From assembly GCA_964016885.1 (NCBI GenBank), contig OZ024749.1, positions 34,038,001 to 34,102,000 of the forward strand: a stretch of DNA of 64,000 nt. The letters are read 5' to 3'. Every line of letters starts with the position of its first letter. The stretch's first letter is position 1. The notes under the pieces are model-generated. The model did not search any database and had not been told where the DNA came from. It saw only the letters and a list, made by a program, of their open reading frames with translations. Below are positions 44,448-59,281 of this stretch, piece by piece. The stretch is from Eledone cirrhosa (Eukaryota). The position numbers and the translations under genes are program-made.

Positions 44448-44449
<2 letters not shown>
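44256..44449. mobile_element. Family A inverted pair (full arm on plus strand)
   Basis: Junction ctaattctggacagaattag; (TA)n on both flanks. Confidence 0.9.
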
Positions 44450-44505
<56 letters not shown>

Positions 44506-44517
44506 TCATACATACAC

Positions 44518-44579
<62 letters not shown>

Positions 44580-44591
44580 TCATACATACAC

Positions 44592-44653
<62 letters not shown>

Positions 44654-44950
44654 TCTGCGTGTACTTACAATATTTGTATGATAATCAGTGATTAGGAACA
44701 AAACAGCGAGAAATTTACATCGAATGAATTTTTATGAATCTCATCACTGTGTTACAATGAATAACATTTTATTGAAGTGATGCAGTAAGAATTTCTAACC
44801 GAAATTTTCTGCGATGTTTTACTGTTATATATTTAAGAATTTATAATGCTATTGTTCGATATTAGTAAAGCAGAGAAATTTATTCATAAGTAGAAAGACA
44901 CCCGGACTTTTGTAAATATGTATGTGTGTGTATGCATGAATGTTTATATT

Positions 44951-45022
<72 letters not shown>

Positions 45023-45026
<4 letters not shown>

Positions 45027-45843
45027 GGAGGTGAGTTTTATTGTAGTACAATAAAGCAATGCAGATATCGGATAAGAAGCACTCTACAGTTTGTAGGACT
45101 GGAGTATACATAATATAAGATCAAAAGATGGTTAAAGGAGTTCCATGTATTTTATTATGCGCATTTCAAAAACATCATGCAATAATATTTGTGTTTTCAT
45201 CAGATAAAACAGGAGAACATGATATGAAGGCTAAAAAACACTTGTGGATAGTGCAGTTTTAAACCAACATATGAAAAGTGGTTTTAGATTGATGTGTGAT
45301 ATTGGGAAAAATATTTTATTTAGAGAGGGGGGGTGGAAAGGATGAAAAAGGGGAGGAGATGAGAGTGAAGGTGGAGAGGGAGAGATGGGTGATAGAGAGA
45401 AAGAGATAGTTTTTATAACTGAGAGAAGATATATTGTTTTACATAGAGAAGTTGAAAACCGTTGGAAGATAATGTATAAATTAAAAGAATTTGAAAATTA
45501 ACGAAGGGAAAAATATGTACGAGGAAAAAATATTTTATTTAGGTAGGGGGGTGGAAAGGATGAAAAAAGGGGAGGAGATGAGAGTGAAGGTGGAGAGGGA
45601 GAGATGGGTGATAGAGAGAAAGAGATAGTTTTTATAACTGAGAAAAGATATATTGTTTTACATAGAGAGGTTGAGAACCGTTGGAAGATAATGTATAAAT
45701 TAAAAGTATTTGAAAATTAACGAAGGGAAAAATATGTACGAGGAAAGAAAGGGAGTTTATGTATGAAGATAGAGAGAAAAAATAATACATGAAGATAGAG
45801 AGAAAAAAAAATACATGGAACTCCTTTAACCATCTTTTGATCT

Positions 45844-45850
<7 letters not shown>
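45023..45850 (-). mobile_element. Longer family C copy with HHR (~45150-45210), an internal ~219-bp duplication and a short inverted arm
   Basis: Matches 31498-31750 then continues; 45811-45850 is the inverted tail fragment. Confidence 0.8.
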
Positions 45851-45887
<37 letters not shown>

Positions 45888-46014
45888 AAGGGTGGACCAT
45901 AACGCACCAGAGTACTCAATACTTAGAGTAGTAGAATGGGATCTAGCTGTCGAAACGGCCGGAGCTCAGCTGTCGGGGTCCTGACTCTTTTCCTATATAT
46001 ATATATATATATAA

Positions 46015-46570
46015 GCGCCTGAAGATTAGGTCACAATTTTGATCCCTTTTTACATTCTAGAGATATGGTCGGTATTGGGCCTTGAACCCTTCGTGGTAGA
46101 CAGTTCCCCTTTTTTTACGGTAGGCAGTCATGGCTTCAAACGACGAAACAGGTACGTTGACAAACTTAAGATTGTACACCAGTCTGTCTCCTTATGTCGG
46201 AATAGTAGCCTGCCCACACTATGCGTATCATCCTGGGGCTGAGTGTACAAGAGTACTTTAAGTGTGCGGTCATCAGACCTCCGTGGGACATGACCAACCC
46301 ATCTTAGTTGGGATTGTATAGGAAAGGATTCAATCGCACCAATGTAGGACCCTGTGAACAGTTTAGCATTGGAGACTGTCAGAAAGTGTATATCCACAGA
46401 CATAGCGAAGAGAGCGATTGTGGAAGACATGAAGCTTATGAATGTGGGTGCGGTAAAGTGTCCACGACTCACAGCCATATAAGAGTGTTTTCAGTACCAA
46501 TGTACGATAAGCTGCAACCTTTATTTTCAGGGACATACCTCTGATATTCCACTGGCGGTGATGTAGCTTG

Positions 46571-46573
<3 letters not shown>
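46015..46573 (-). mobile_element. Decayed RTE (BovB-like) LINE ORF, C-terminal region
   Basis: Frameshifted translation SLKIKVAAYRTLVLKTLLYGCESWTLY...QLRWVGHVPRRSDDRTLKVLLY, typical RTE post-RT motifs. Confidence 0.9.
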
Positions 46574-46607
<34 letters not shown>

Positions 46608-46612
<5 letters not shown>

Positions 46613-46767
46613 AACAAGTAAGACCCCGACGGCTGAGCTCAAGCCGTTTCGACGGCTAATTCTGGACAAATTTGGTCTTACTTGTTCCTATTACCCACTC
46701 TACTACCCTAAGTATTGAGTACTTTGGTGCGTTATGGTCCACCTGGTTCCTTACCACATTTCCTTCG

Positions 46768-46769
<2 letters not shown>
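46608..46769. mobile_element. Family A inverted pair with deletion
   Basis: Same family, (TA)n on both flanks. Confidence 0.8.
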
Positions 46770-46801
<32 letters not shown>

Positions 46802-46807
<6 letters not shown>

Positions 46808-47010
46808 AACACAATATAATTATTCCATTACCCAAGGTTTTACGAAGTTAGACGATTCTAACAGAACGAAACGGACGTTTCTGTTAGAGTCGTCTAACTT
46901 CGTGAAACCTTGGGTAATGGAGTAATTATATTGTGTTGTTTATTACAGAATTAAATAGCTCTGTACTATACACAGAACACTCGTCTTCCCTTTACCTTTG
47001 CTACGGAAAT
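46802..47010. mobile_element. Inverted-pair element with the 3' half of an HHR-like motif
   Basis: Arms 46802-46866 and 46879-46943; GAAA-cc ttg gg-TA at 46904; (TA)n on the left, CA/GTGTG repeats on the right. Confidence 0.6.
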
Positions 47011-48313
47011 ACTTCACACACACAGTGTGGTGTGGTGTGGTGTGGTGTGGTGTGGTGTGGTGTGGTGTGGTATGGTATGGTGTGGTGTGTGTGTGTAGTA
47101 GTAGTAGAGCATTCAGTCCATGGGATGAGTTTAGTAGAAGTTAGTTCCACAACAGTTAATAAACCATTAACGAGGACGCGCATTTCACCTTGCGATTTTC
47201 AACACGAGTGGCTGGGTTATAATGATGAGTATGTACGCCTTAACACTGTTGATAACTATTTATTGATATAGTGTTGCAAGCTTGATTCACCGAACAAATT
47301 ACATGTACACGGTGTTACATAACTACCTACTTTTAATTTAATCCGCTCAGCAACTCTGCTGCCAGCCTATGCTTCATTTATATGATGTAATGTGTTTGTA
47401 ATGTGTTTTTAATTCATTTTTATTAATTTTTAAGTAATTTCATTTTCATTCTTTTACATGATGATTGGGGAAGGGGGATGAGATATACTGATAACTTCTG
47501 TGACTGTTAATTAGGAGGAGTCGTTAGATCATCAACTGCAAATGTTTCGCAGTATTTGGTCCTCTTCCCTCTCTGAGTTTAAATCTCGCCAAGGTCATCC
47601 TTGCCTTTCATCTTTTCAATCTCACGTTAAATAATGTCCCACCTGCTCGAGCAACGAAAGTAATGCCTTGTGGTAACTTTTTCAGTCTTTTGCATTCTGA
47701 CTTTGCAATCAAACTCAGGATGCAAAAATACTGCCAAGCTCTATCAGCTTTTAGACAACGTCTGTAGTGTCAAGAGAAGAGACTGGTGGTCTTCCACCAA
47801 AACACCTTGATTAACCTACTTCCAGGTGCAATCGTTCTGAAGTTAGGACAAACGGATTGACGTCTCGTGGTCTAGTTGTTGGTGGGGTGTTGGGCATACG
47901 ATCATAAAGTGGTAGATTCGATTCCCTGATCAGGAGATTCGTTGTATTCTTTAACAAAGGACATTATTGGGCCATCAAGTATGGAATTTGTAGACATTTG
48001 GAGTAAAACAACAAATTTTTACAAATTTCATACTTGACACCCAATATTTCAGGCTGAAAATGGGCACCACTCATCTAATGGACTGTACTTTCACTCAACA
48101 CTCGTGAAATAGTATAATCTCAGGGTTTCATCGAGCCCATGCAATCATGGAAAGAGAATTAACAGAAAACAAGAAATTCTTTTTAAAAACAAGTATACAG
48201 CAGAATCGAAGTCAAAGACCTCACCTCGACTAGCGATTCTAAATCCTCATTCATACATACATATATATATATGTGTGTGTATTATATGTGTGTGTGTATA
48301 TATATATATATAT

Positions 48314-48708
48314 ATTATTAGAAATGTAAGCTATCGCCGTATTTTGACTAAAGAAATTAAAGAAATTATTTAGCCTGATAGTGGGGTTAAGAACCCTCGG
48401 AGAAATGGAAAAAGATGAGTATTGACGTACATAGGAGTCGAACCCACATCTTTGGTTATCCAGACCACTGTGCTACCATTTACACCAACACATCACCCAT
48501 GATATGTTGGTGTGAATGGTAGCACAGTGGTCTGGATAACCAAAGATGTGGGTTCGACTCCCATGTACGTCAATACTCATCTTTTTCCATTTCTCCGAGG
48601 GTTCTTAACCCTACTATCAGGCTAAATAATTTCTTTAGTCAAAATATAGCGATAGCTTACATTTCTAATAATTTCAAACCAACTCGCTGTTTCGAAAAAT
48701 ATTCTTAC
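48314..48708. mobile_element. tRNA-headed SINE-like element as a head-to-head inverted pair in (TA)n
   Basis: Cloverleaf at 48501-48572 (+) and 48423-48494 (-); A box tggtgtgaatggtag, B box gggttcgactccc; headless copy at 63175-63310 (-). Confidence 0.8.
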
Positions 48709-48768
<60 letters not shown>

Positions 48769-48794
48769 CATATATATATACACATATGTATAAG

Positions 48795-48825
<31 letters not shown>

Positions 48826-48956
48826 CCATTAATAATTCCATCGACAGACAATATAAGACAAAAATGCTAATATTAAATAATTAACTGCCGGCTTTACTAC
48901 AGAGTTCTTCCTTCTATCATTTTGTGATTGGGTGACCACTAATTTGTGCTATGAAT

Positions 48957-49161
48957 ATACGTACGTACGTACGTACATACATACATACATACATACATAC
49001 ATACATACATACATACATACATACATACATACATACATACATACATACATACATACATACATACATACATACATACATACATACATACATACATACATAC
49101 ATACATACATACATACATACATACATACATACATACATACATACATACATACATACATACA

Positions 49162-49190
<29 letters not shown>
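48957..49190. repeat. (ACAT)n tetranucleotide microsatellite
   Basis: Directly visible. Confidence 0.98.
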
Positions 49191-49192
<2 letters not shown>

Positions 49193-49459
49193 CAGTCATG
49201 AACTAAGCGATTCATCTACTAATGTTCAAAGGGTAATTTTCCTACTTTAACGCAACTGACTAAATTCTAACCTCCTAGACTAATATGAAATAAGAAAATC
49301 GCCATTAATACATAGATACATACATACATACATACATATATATATATATATAACAAAATCGCCATTAATACATACATATATATATATATATTATCGTTTC
49401 CATCAACAGACAATATATAACAAACACGAATACAAACAGGATTACTAGATCTACAAATG

Positions 49460-49495
<36 letters not shown>

Positions 49496-49500
<5 letters not shown>

Positions 49501-49680
49501 AAAATGTTTAACCCTGACGGCAGAGCTCAAGCCGTTTCGAAGGTCCAGAAATACCCGTCGAAACGGCTTCAGCTCTGCCGTCGGGGTTAAACATTTTCTT
49601 ATTACCCACTCTACTACCCTAAGTATTGAGTACTCTGGTGCGTTATGGTCCATCTGGTTTCTTACCGCCCTTCCTTCGTT
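49496..49680. mobile_element. Family A inverted pair
   Basis: Same family, (TA)n on both flanks. Confidence 0.85.
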
Positions 49681-49727
49681 ATATATATATTTGCAAACCG
49701 CCAGAGATTCGATTTTACTGAGTATCC

Positions 49728-49804
<77 letters not shown>

Positions 49805-49845
49805 AATATATATATACATACATATACAAATATATATACATATAC

Positions 49846-49877
<32 letters not shown>

Positions 49878-49917
49878 ACATATATATATACATATACATA
49901 TATATATATACATATAC

Positions 49918-49949
<32 letters not shown>

Positions 49950-50243
49950 ATATATATACATATACATATACATATATATATACATATACATATATATATA
50001 TATATACATATACAAATATATATACATACATATACATATACATATATATACATACATATAATCATATATATATACATATACATATACATACATACATATA
50101 TATAAATATATATACATACATATATATATACATACATATATAAATATATATACATACATATATATATATACATACATATATATATATACATACATATATA
50201 TATATACATATATATATACATACATATATATATACATACATAT

Positions 50244-50316
<73 letters not shown>

Positions 50317-50386
50317 CGTGTGTGAGTGTATGTATATATATATATGTATGTATATATCTATGTATCTACACATACACGCATGTATG

Positions 50387-50437
<51 letters not shown>

Positions 50438-51060
50438 GTATATATATGTGTGTATATATGTATATATTTGTTTTTGTCGTGCTAACGGCTGTAAATTTAA
50501 TTGAAAGAGTGATGTAGAAACACATTAATGTATTAATGACGTAAACTTCGACTGTTTGAAGTTGAGGGAACATCTACTATTTAAAAGAACTTAAAAGGTA
50601 ATGGATAATTTTCCGTTGTTTTTGGTGTTTTTTCTATCATTTTCCTCTTTTATTATCATGATGAGCTATCATAACATAAAAATAAAACAGAAATAATCTA
50701 CCACGTTCCATCGCTGATAAACTTACAGTTTCTACAAGAAATCAATTTATTTTATTGCTTTATCCATAAGCAAATCGATGGTGGTATTTTCATGTTATGT
50801 TATTGACCCGTGACTACAGTGGACTGTATAGCAACGAATTAGTAGAGTCGTTAGAAGACTGTTGAATAGTCAGTTTCACAAGTATTGCTTCCGGTTGGTG
50901 ATTTCACACGAATAAAACAGTTCTAGTCCTGTAGAAGTCATTTCTATGCGAAATATGTTTCTTCACTACTAATGTATTAATGTATTATCTACCCTATTTA
51001 GTTGTATTGTTTTCTCGATGCCCTTCGGAAAACCATACTTTATATATATATATATATATT

Positions 51061-51272
51061 ATAGGAACGATCGACTTTCGTCAAATCGGACCGAGGGAAC
51101 AATGTTTCCGTTGGTCTTTCCAATTGCTAATACTATCTATCGGTCGCAACTCCAGGTAGAAGGAGCAACGTGAAATAAAGTGTCTTGCTCAAGGACATAA
51201 CGCATCGCCTGGTCCAGGAATCGAACTCACAACCTTACGATTGCGAATCCAATTCTCTAACCACTCAGCCAC
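51061..51272 (-). mobile_element. SINE S3 copy
   Basis: Aligns with 6526-6737. Confidence 0.85.
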
Positions 51273-51279
51273 ACTCAAC

Positions 51280-51481
<202 letters not shown>

Positions 51482-51796
51482 CATCCGGAAACTAATCATG
51501 CATCCCAGACCCGGCAAGAATCGACCCAGGCGGGCAGGCGAAGCAAACAAACGTCTCGAAACTAACGTTGCATACCTGGCCCTGTGCGCATCGACAATGG
51601 TAGGGTAGTAACCACATAGTGGTAACGGATAAAAAAAAAATCGTCGGGAAAAGACTGCCCTAACACCGGCTAGAGTTATCTCCCTTGACCTACTGCAAAA
51701 TCAATACATGTTTTTTTACGAAGAATGAACTCTGACGTGAACTTATCTCTAAAAACCCATTCCGGGTCATGTAAGGAACGCTTTTTAGTTGTTTAT

Positions 51797-51836
51797 GCCC
51801 TTGAGAAGCCCATTCGGGCGAAACGTACGTAGGTGC
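51797..51836 (+). ncRNA. Hammerhead with U3/A8 core (TTGAGAA) in a (TA)n-flanked element (~51478-52048)
   Basis: gccc-TTGAGAA-gccc attc gggc-GAAA-cgtacg-TA-ggtgc, followed by aataaa. Confidence 0.7.
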
Positions 51837-52479
51837 TATTTTAAATAAACATGTTTTAACGGTCTGTTCTCCTGTATTTACTTCTCCACGTGCTTCCGCT
51901 CTGCTAATTCTCTCGCCCACTAGATATTAACACTTCTAATATTTAACACTGCCAGCACTAGTATTGAGCACCCTCTGCATACGCTATTGGCAAATAACTA
52001 CATGTATCGCCTTTCCCTCCTTCTCTCTCTCTCGATACGTAAATATTCTATATATATATATATATAATATACAATCTATTGTAATGTAATAAGATAAAGT
52101 CTACTTACAACCACAATTCTTCATATAATCTAATTGATTATATATACAATATTATAACTCATAATATAGCTAAATAAATTTAAATTCTGGAATCATATTC
52201 CACCATTCCCGCAAATTGTTAATTCCTTTTAAATTAGCGTAAATACAAGCTCTTCTTTCTTTTTTTCTTCTTCCTACTCATACCGTTACACATATATCCT
52301 AATTATTTAAATTCTGCATAGCGTCTAAAATAACGTTTTTTTTTCAGTCCTATACCTCAACCTCATTTGCATACTCATCTCAATAATTTGAAATATCTGA
52401 CTTTTCTTCTCTTTTTCCTTCACTATCCGAGAAAAACTTGAACCGTTAAGGTATCTTTTCTTGGTTATGTCACTATTTA

Positions 52480-52693
52480 TAAAACAAACTTTGCATTTTA
52501 TCTGATGAAAGCGTACCAAAGTTTTGACACCCTTGAAATATATATAATAGAATAAATATGGTTTTATAAATATAGTTTCCATTTATTTAATATCATTGAA
52601 TATTATACTCCAGAAAAACTGTCGAGTGCTCTGAATCAGTTATAAACATATATATTTGTTGAATTACCAACAAATTGAATATCCCTTTTGCTT
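52480..52693 (+). mobile_element. Family B copy with HHR (CTGATGA at 52502-52508)
   Basis: Aligns with the 63500-63702 and 23277-23500 copies; ends ccttttgctt|(AT)n. Confidence 0.8.
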
Positions 52694-52753
52694 ATATATA
52701 TATATATAAAATAACAGGAGGCTGGACTGGTGTAAATCCTTGAAAGGTTTATT

Positions 52754-52811
52754 ATACTATGATCATTTCAATGACCGAGTTCAGTATGAATCTGGTGACA
52801 TCATCAGGTAT
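52754..52811 (-). ncRNA. Minimal type I hammerhead, separate family
   Basis: atac-CTGATGA-tgtcacc...cggtcatt-GAAA-tgatca-TA-gtat; palindromic ATGATCAT stem III. Confidence 0.7.
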
Positions 52812-53209
52812 TCAAAATATAACAAAGGAATATAACAGATAAAATCCATGGGGGCTGAAAATCAAAGACAAGAGGACGACCGACTATTTAGCAGCTTTTA
52901 CCTCGGTCGGCCGTCCTTAAGTATTTAACTCAAGCCTTTAACTCCGTACTCGCACCACCAACTACACAAACGAAGACGAGTGCTCTCCATAATATTACAT
53001 CGAGGTTGACCAAACGAAATGACCAGTTCTATCCAGTGGTGAACCAACAAACCTAAATTATATATATATATATATAAGAAAAGAGTCAGGACCCCGACGG
53101 CTGAGCTCCGGCCGTTTCGACAGCTGGATCCGAACTAGTTCGGGTCTGTATCGCAACTAAACAGGTCAATCAAACATGCTGTACAAATCAACATATAGCT
53201 ATTATTAGA

Positions 53210-53350
53210 TAATTGTTTCTACTTTTGGCACAAGGCCAGCAATTACTCAGTGCATTACTGGTACTTTATTTTATCGATCCCGTAAGGATGAAAGGCAAAG
53301 TTAACCTCGGCGGGATTTGAACTCAGAATGGCAAGGACCGTAACTCTATA
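53210..53350 (-). mobile_element. SINE S1 copy
   Basis: Reverse match to S1. Confidence 0.85.
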
Positions 53351-53617
53351 CGAGACATCGCGTCTATTTACATAATTTCACTCCAAGAGTATTAGTTAAC
53401 CCTATGTTGTAGTACATAGGTTCTCAGTGGTATCGAACCTACAAATATAAGATTATCAAACAAAGCTCTTAACCCATTAGCTAATGTCAGCACCATTACA
53501 ATTTTTTTTTATTTTTGCATTTCGATTTGGTTAACAGATGCAAGATATTTTATTTAATCTTAACTAGAAACATTAACTGGGATTACAGTTGTAGATTGAT
53601 AGTGGAGATATCAGATT

Positions 53618-54200
53618 CGTGGTGGTGGTGGTAGTGGTAGTGGTGGTGGTGGTAGTAGTGGTAGTGATGATGGTGGTTGTGGTAGTGGTGGTAGTGGTGG
53701 TAGTGGTGATGGTGGTGGTGGTGATGGTGGTAGTTGTAGTGATGGTGATGGTTGTGGATGGTGAGGGTGGTGGTGGTGGGTGGTGGTAGTGGTGGTAGTG
53801 GTGATGGTCGTTGTGGTGGTTGATGATGGTGGTGGTGGTGAGGGTGCTGATGATGATGATGGTGGTCGTGGTGGTGTTGGTGGAGGGTAGTAGTAGTGGA
53901 GATATCATGATGGTGGTGTTGATGGTGGTGGTGGTTGATGATTGTGGTGTGGAGTGGAGGTGTAATGGGGGGTGGGGTGATGGATGATGAAGGTGGGAAG
54001 AGGTTGTGATGATTATGATGGGAGGTTTTGTAGTGGTGGTACGATGGTAGGGGTTGGGTGACGGTCGTCGTCTTCGGGGTGGACGGGGTGATGATGGTGG
54101 TGGCGGAGGTGTTGGTGGTTGTCGTCGAGGGCATGGTCGTTGAGGGTAGGGATGTCATCGTCGTGGAGGTGATACTGGTGGTGGTGATAGTGTTGTTTTT
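53618..54200. repeat. (GGT/GAT/AGT)n low-complexity tract
   Basis: Directly visible. Confidence 0.9.
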
Positions 54201-55070
54201 GTTGTTCTAATGATGGTGTATTTTTTTATATTTTGAAATAGAAACCTCCTCCTTTGGGACACAGTTAGGTGCATCTTGCAGCATCCAATTTGGGAGACCC
54301 TGCCCTATATAATCACAGTTTTTTTTCAACACACTGACGCGTATGTGTGTGTATGTGTGTATGTGCATATGCATACATTTATATGTATGAGTTTATAAAT
54401 ATAAACGCGCAAATGCAGACACACAAAATTACACAGTCACAGACACACATTCACACGAACACACACATGTACATTTATACAAACACAAACAAACACATAC
54501 ACTCACACACAGCGTAGCAAATGGAATGCCACCCACTGTTTTGCTTTAGTGTTTTCACCATTTCACTTCCTTACTTTTACACACACAAACACAAACACAC
54601 ACTTTGTGTGACGGACGGAAGTCGCTCAAATTTATAAATAGTTTTCATTTACACCAAATAGCAGCCAAGCCTTGCTTATATTGCACCATATTGTCTTCAA
54701 TATTGAGAAAAAAAGCTTATAGCTAGATAGGCACTGCCCTCCAAAAATATGAGGCGTTGATTTTTAACGAAATGTCTTTAACTTTGATCGTCTCAATGCT
54801 GCCCAGGCTGGAGCTAAGCAACAAACAGCAAATAAATCTAAAACCTCAAAATGTAACCAAATATTACCCACTTCTTCATGATAATAACTTAACTTGACTT
54901 CATAGGAATTTATTTAATAGCCGAACGATTTCAAGTGGAACTAAGGACTCCAGCGATTCTTAATCAGATTTTAAAGTACCATTTATTCCAGTTTGTCATA
55001 GGAGCTAACTGTTACCACATGGCTGTTAACTAATTAATGATATATTTAAACACAGAAAAACTATCATATG

Positions 55071-55110
<40 letters not shown>

Positions 55111-55250
55111 TATATATATATTTATTATTTATATATATATTTATTATTTATATATATATTTATTATTTATATATATATATATATTTATTATTTATATATA
55201 TATATATATATATTTATTATTATATATATATATATATATATATTTATTAT

Positions 55251-55317
<67 letters not shown>

Positions 55318-55320
55318 TAT

Positions 55321-55459
<139 letters not shown>

Positions 55460-55474
55460 ATAAATATATATATA

Positions 55475-55734
<260 letters not shown>

Positions 55735-55813
55735 ATTTCAGAATATCCCGTTAAGGGTGAAAGCATCGATTCTTTGCTTAAACTTTAATCTGTTGTTTTA
55801 ATAAATAAATAAA

Positions 55814-55865
<52 letters not shown>

Positions 55866-56815
55866 CTATTCATACATAACTATATAGACATACACATATA
55901 TACATTCAAACATACACAACCACATACACATTCACATACATACACACACACACACATCTGTCTGACATATTTTTCCCTTGATCATTTTATCTATGAAATA
56001 TATCTCTCGTAAAATACAGAGTATATATTGTATTGTATATATATATTATAGTGTTGTGGAAAATATTCAATATGGCATAAATATAACCGGAAAAGAAGGA
56101 TTTGATAAGAAAATGTTATTTGGCTTCGTTATGCTTTATCTAAATCTTCGCAATTTTTTAAGTTCTTTTTATACGAAAGAACTATTTAAAAGAAAGTTAA
56201 AATATTTCATAAATAAACACGTGTATTTTGTATATATTTGACTGTAGCTGTACTTAGTAAAGTAAAGTAAATGAAGAGAAAGGGGAAAGAAAAAAAAGAG
56301 GTAATCGTCAGATCGGACCGAGTACGTTTCCATTGGTCTATCCATTGCTGATAAACACATTATTTTTAGCAAATTGTTCTTAGTTTAAAAACAAAATCAA
56401 ACAAAGATCATATCATTCTTTGTTACAACTCCGGAAAGTGTTATAGGATTCATATAACAAAATTCCAAACTTCACCATGAAGGATTTATTAAGCAGTACT
56501 AGCAGAAAATATGTTATAACTTACTGAAAGAACCGATATTTCTTCTTAGCTTAGTACGGACGTATAACAACACACACATGATACGCACGCGCACAAGTAT
56601 AGCTCTTTTTACAAAACGTTTTTTTTTTTTTCCCATTTCAGGAAGACGCGCTCCATCAACCACTTTTCTAAACAAATAAATCATGCACTAAACGCCAGCA
56701 TCAACAGTTTTCCAAGAGATGTCAACATGAATGCACCTGTTATTTTTATTTAAAGACATTTTTTCCAATTCCAACCCGCCCGTCCCTTCAATCTATCTTA
56801 TTATTTCTCATTCTT

Positions 56816-56851
56816 TCTTCTGATGAAGGATTAGCGCCTGAAACGTTAAGA
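56816..56851 (+). ncRNA. Minimal hammerhead, family E
   Basis: tctt-CTGATGA-agg attagcg cct-GAAA-cgTT-aaga; another copy at 59146-59180 (-). Confidence 0.8.
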
Positions 56852-56920
56852 CCCTCTTCCTGATATACTGTACTGATTGTGTCGTTATTTCTGTTACCTT
56901 TTGCATACATATATACATAT

Positions 56921-56955
<35 letters not shown>

Positions 56956-56956
56956 C

Positions 56957-56989
<33 letters not shown>

Positions 56990-57020
56990 CATATATATAC
57001 ATATATATACATATATATAC

Positions 57021-57057
<37 letters not shown>

Positions 57058-57058
57058 C

Positions 57059-57101
<43 letters not shown>

Positions 57102-57156
57102 TATATACATATATATATACATATATATATACATATATATATACATATATATATAC

Positions 57157-57187
<31 letters not shown>

Positions 57188-57338
57188 CATATATATATAC
57201 ATATATATACATATATATATATATATACATATATACATATACATATATACATATACATATACATATATATACATAAACATATATATACATATATATACAA
57301 ACATATATATACATATATATACATATATATATATACAT

Positions 57339-57369
<31 letters not shown>

Positions 57370-57384
57370 CATATATATATACAT

Positions 57385-57418
<34 letters not shown>

Positions 57419-57548
57419 ATATACATATATATACACATATATACACATATATATACATATATATACATATATATACATATATATATATATATACATATAT
57501 ATACATACATATATATATATACATATATACATACATACATATATATAT

Positions 57549-57611
<63 letters not shown>

Positions 57612-57691
57612 TAACTCACCAAGAGGAAACCAGTTGTTTTAATCCTTCTAAGTTACAGTTGCCCCACAGCTTTAAAATATTTAACTGTAAT

Positions 57692-57907
57692 AATTGTTTC
57701 TACTTTAGGCACAAGTCCAGCAATTAGAAGGAGAGGGGAAAGTCGATTAAATCGATCCCAGGTGCATTACTTGTGCTATATTTTACCGACCACATAAGGA
57801 TGAAAGGCAAAGCTAACCTTGACGGTATTTGAACTCAGATCGTAAAGAGCCGTATCTCTATCCCACGAAGCATGGTGCCCGACACTCAACCGATACTGCC
57901 AACCCAC
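57692..57907 (-). mobile_element. SINE S1, long variant
   Basis: Reverse match to 40586-40795. Confidence 0.8.
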
Positions 57908-59227
57908 CGAAATAGGAGTAAAGTTCCTAGATAGAGTGCATAGCTCGGAGATCAGAGACTGGCTCCAAGTAGATCTGCTGCTACTCTGAATTGAGAGATC
58001 AAAGCTTTGATATTATGGACATGTCTCAGGTAAGAATCACCGGACAGATTTTACGGGAAAAACCAGCTGGAGGAAGACCCATGAGGCCATGAGTAGACTC
58101 CAAGCAAGACAGTTGGAAAATATTCATATGCTCGGGATGTCTCGCTTGAGGACCCAGCCGGATCAATTTGAGACAGTTGGCTCTGAAAGGGCTCTCAAAG
58201 ACGTGCTTGGAAACACTCATTATTAAATGAGGAATTTAGTTATATTTCTAAATCCTTCCAAAATTTTGATTATTTTCAAAAATGTTTGAAAACCTTGAGC
58301 AATAATTTCATATAGTAATGAAAGGGTTAGTGTTTATATATATTCTTTTGAAATATATATAAACATTTGCAGCACGTTTCTATAAATATTTGCAGCATTT
58401 TTCTTTAGAAATCAGGTAATGGGTTAATGCTGAGATCAGTCTAAACCTTTTAAATATTTACTGCTAATACCCAGTGACATGAGACTACGCAACATCTTCG
58501 CTGCGGTCTTATCTTTTCTCTATGGCGGCTATAAAATATATTTCTTGTTCTATTATTACAACTCTTCGTTACATGAGTAATATGTTATTTAGGCAAACTC
58601 TAAAGAAAGTCGATAAATCTTTGGTAAACGTAACTTTGTTTTTTGTTTATATGTAGATTAATAATATAACCTCATAACATTTACTTCCATCTGAACAACA
58701 GAGGTATTTTATAGGGTTAATTATATATATATATATATATATTAGCTATGCAAGAACATAATGAATGTGGCATATAAAATAACACTTACCTCCGTAGAGT
58801 TCAAAGAGCTACTCAAAGTTTAAATAAATATATTCATTCTATACTGAAGCATACTGCAAAATGACTGGGAGGGATGAATACTCGGGGATGCCTGCTGCTT
58901 GAATAACATACAGTAAAGTAGCTGCTAAAATGTAGTGATCCAAAAAGATTTAATTAATGAAAATTAGACCTGTATTTAAAAGTAAAAAATATGATTCTAG
59001 GAAGAAAGAAAGGGGAGATCACTCCGGAATGTAAATTACATATATATATATGGATGTGTGTGTGTTTGTGTGCATGTGTGTGTGTGTAAAAGGTAAACAG
59101 AAATAACAACATAATCGGTACAGTATATGGAAGGAATATATTAGGTTAACGTTTCGGATTGCTAGTCCTTCATCAGAAGGAAGAATGAGAAATTATAAAG
59201 ATTTAAGGAACGGGCGGAGTGGAATTG

Positions 59228-59281
<54 letters not shown>

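Noticed and set aside
48501-48572. Functional tRNA-Ser(GGA) gene
   Set aside because: It has no long variable arm, has T at position 37, has weak GU-rich stems, and continues into a repeated element body, so it is treated as a SINE head.
56300-56350. Type II hammerhead in the S3 SINE tail (GAAAcgTA...CTGACGA on minus)
   Set aside because: Stem I is poor, there is no stem II, and the two full S3 copies have TTGACGA with different spacing.
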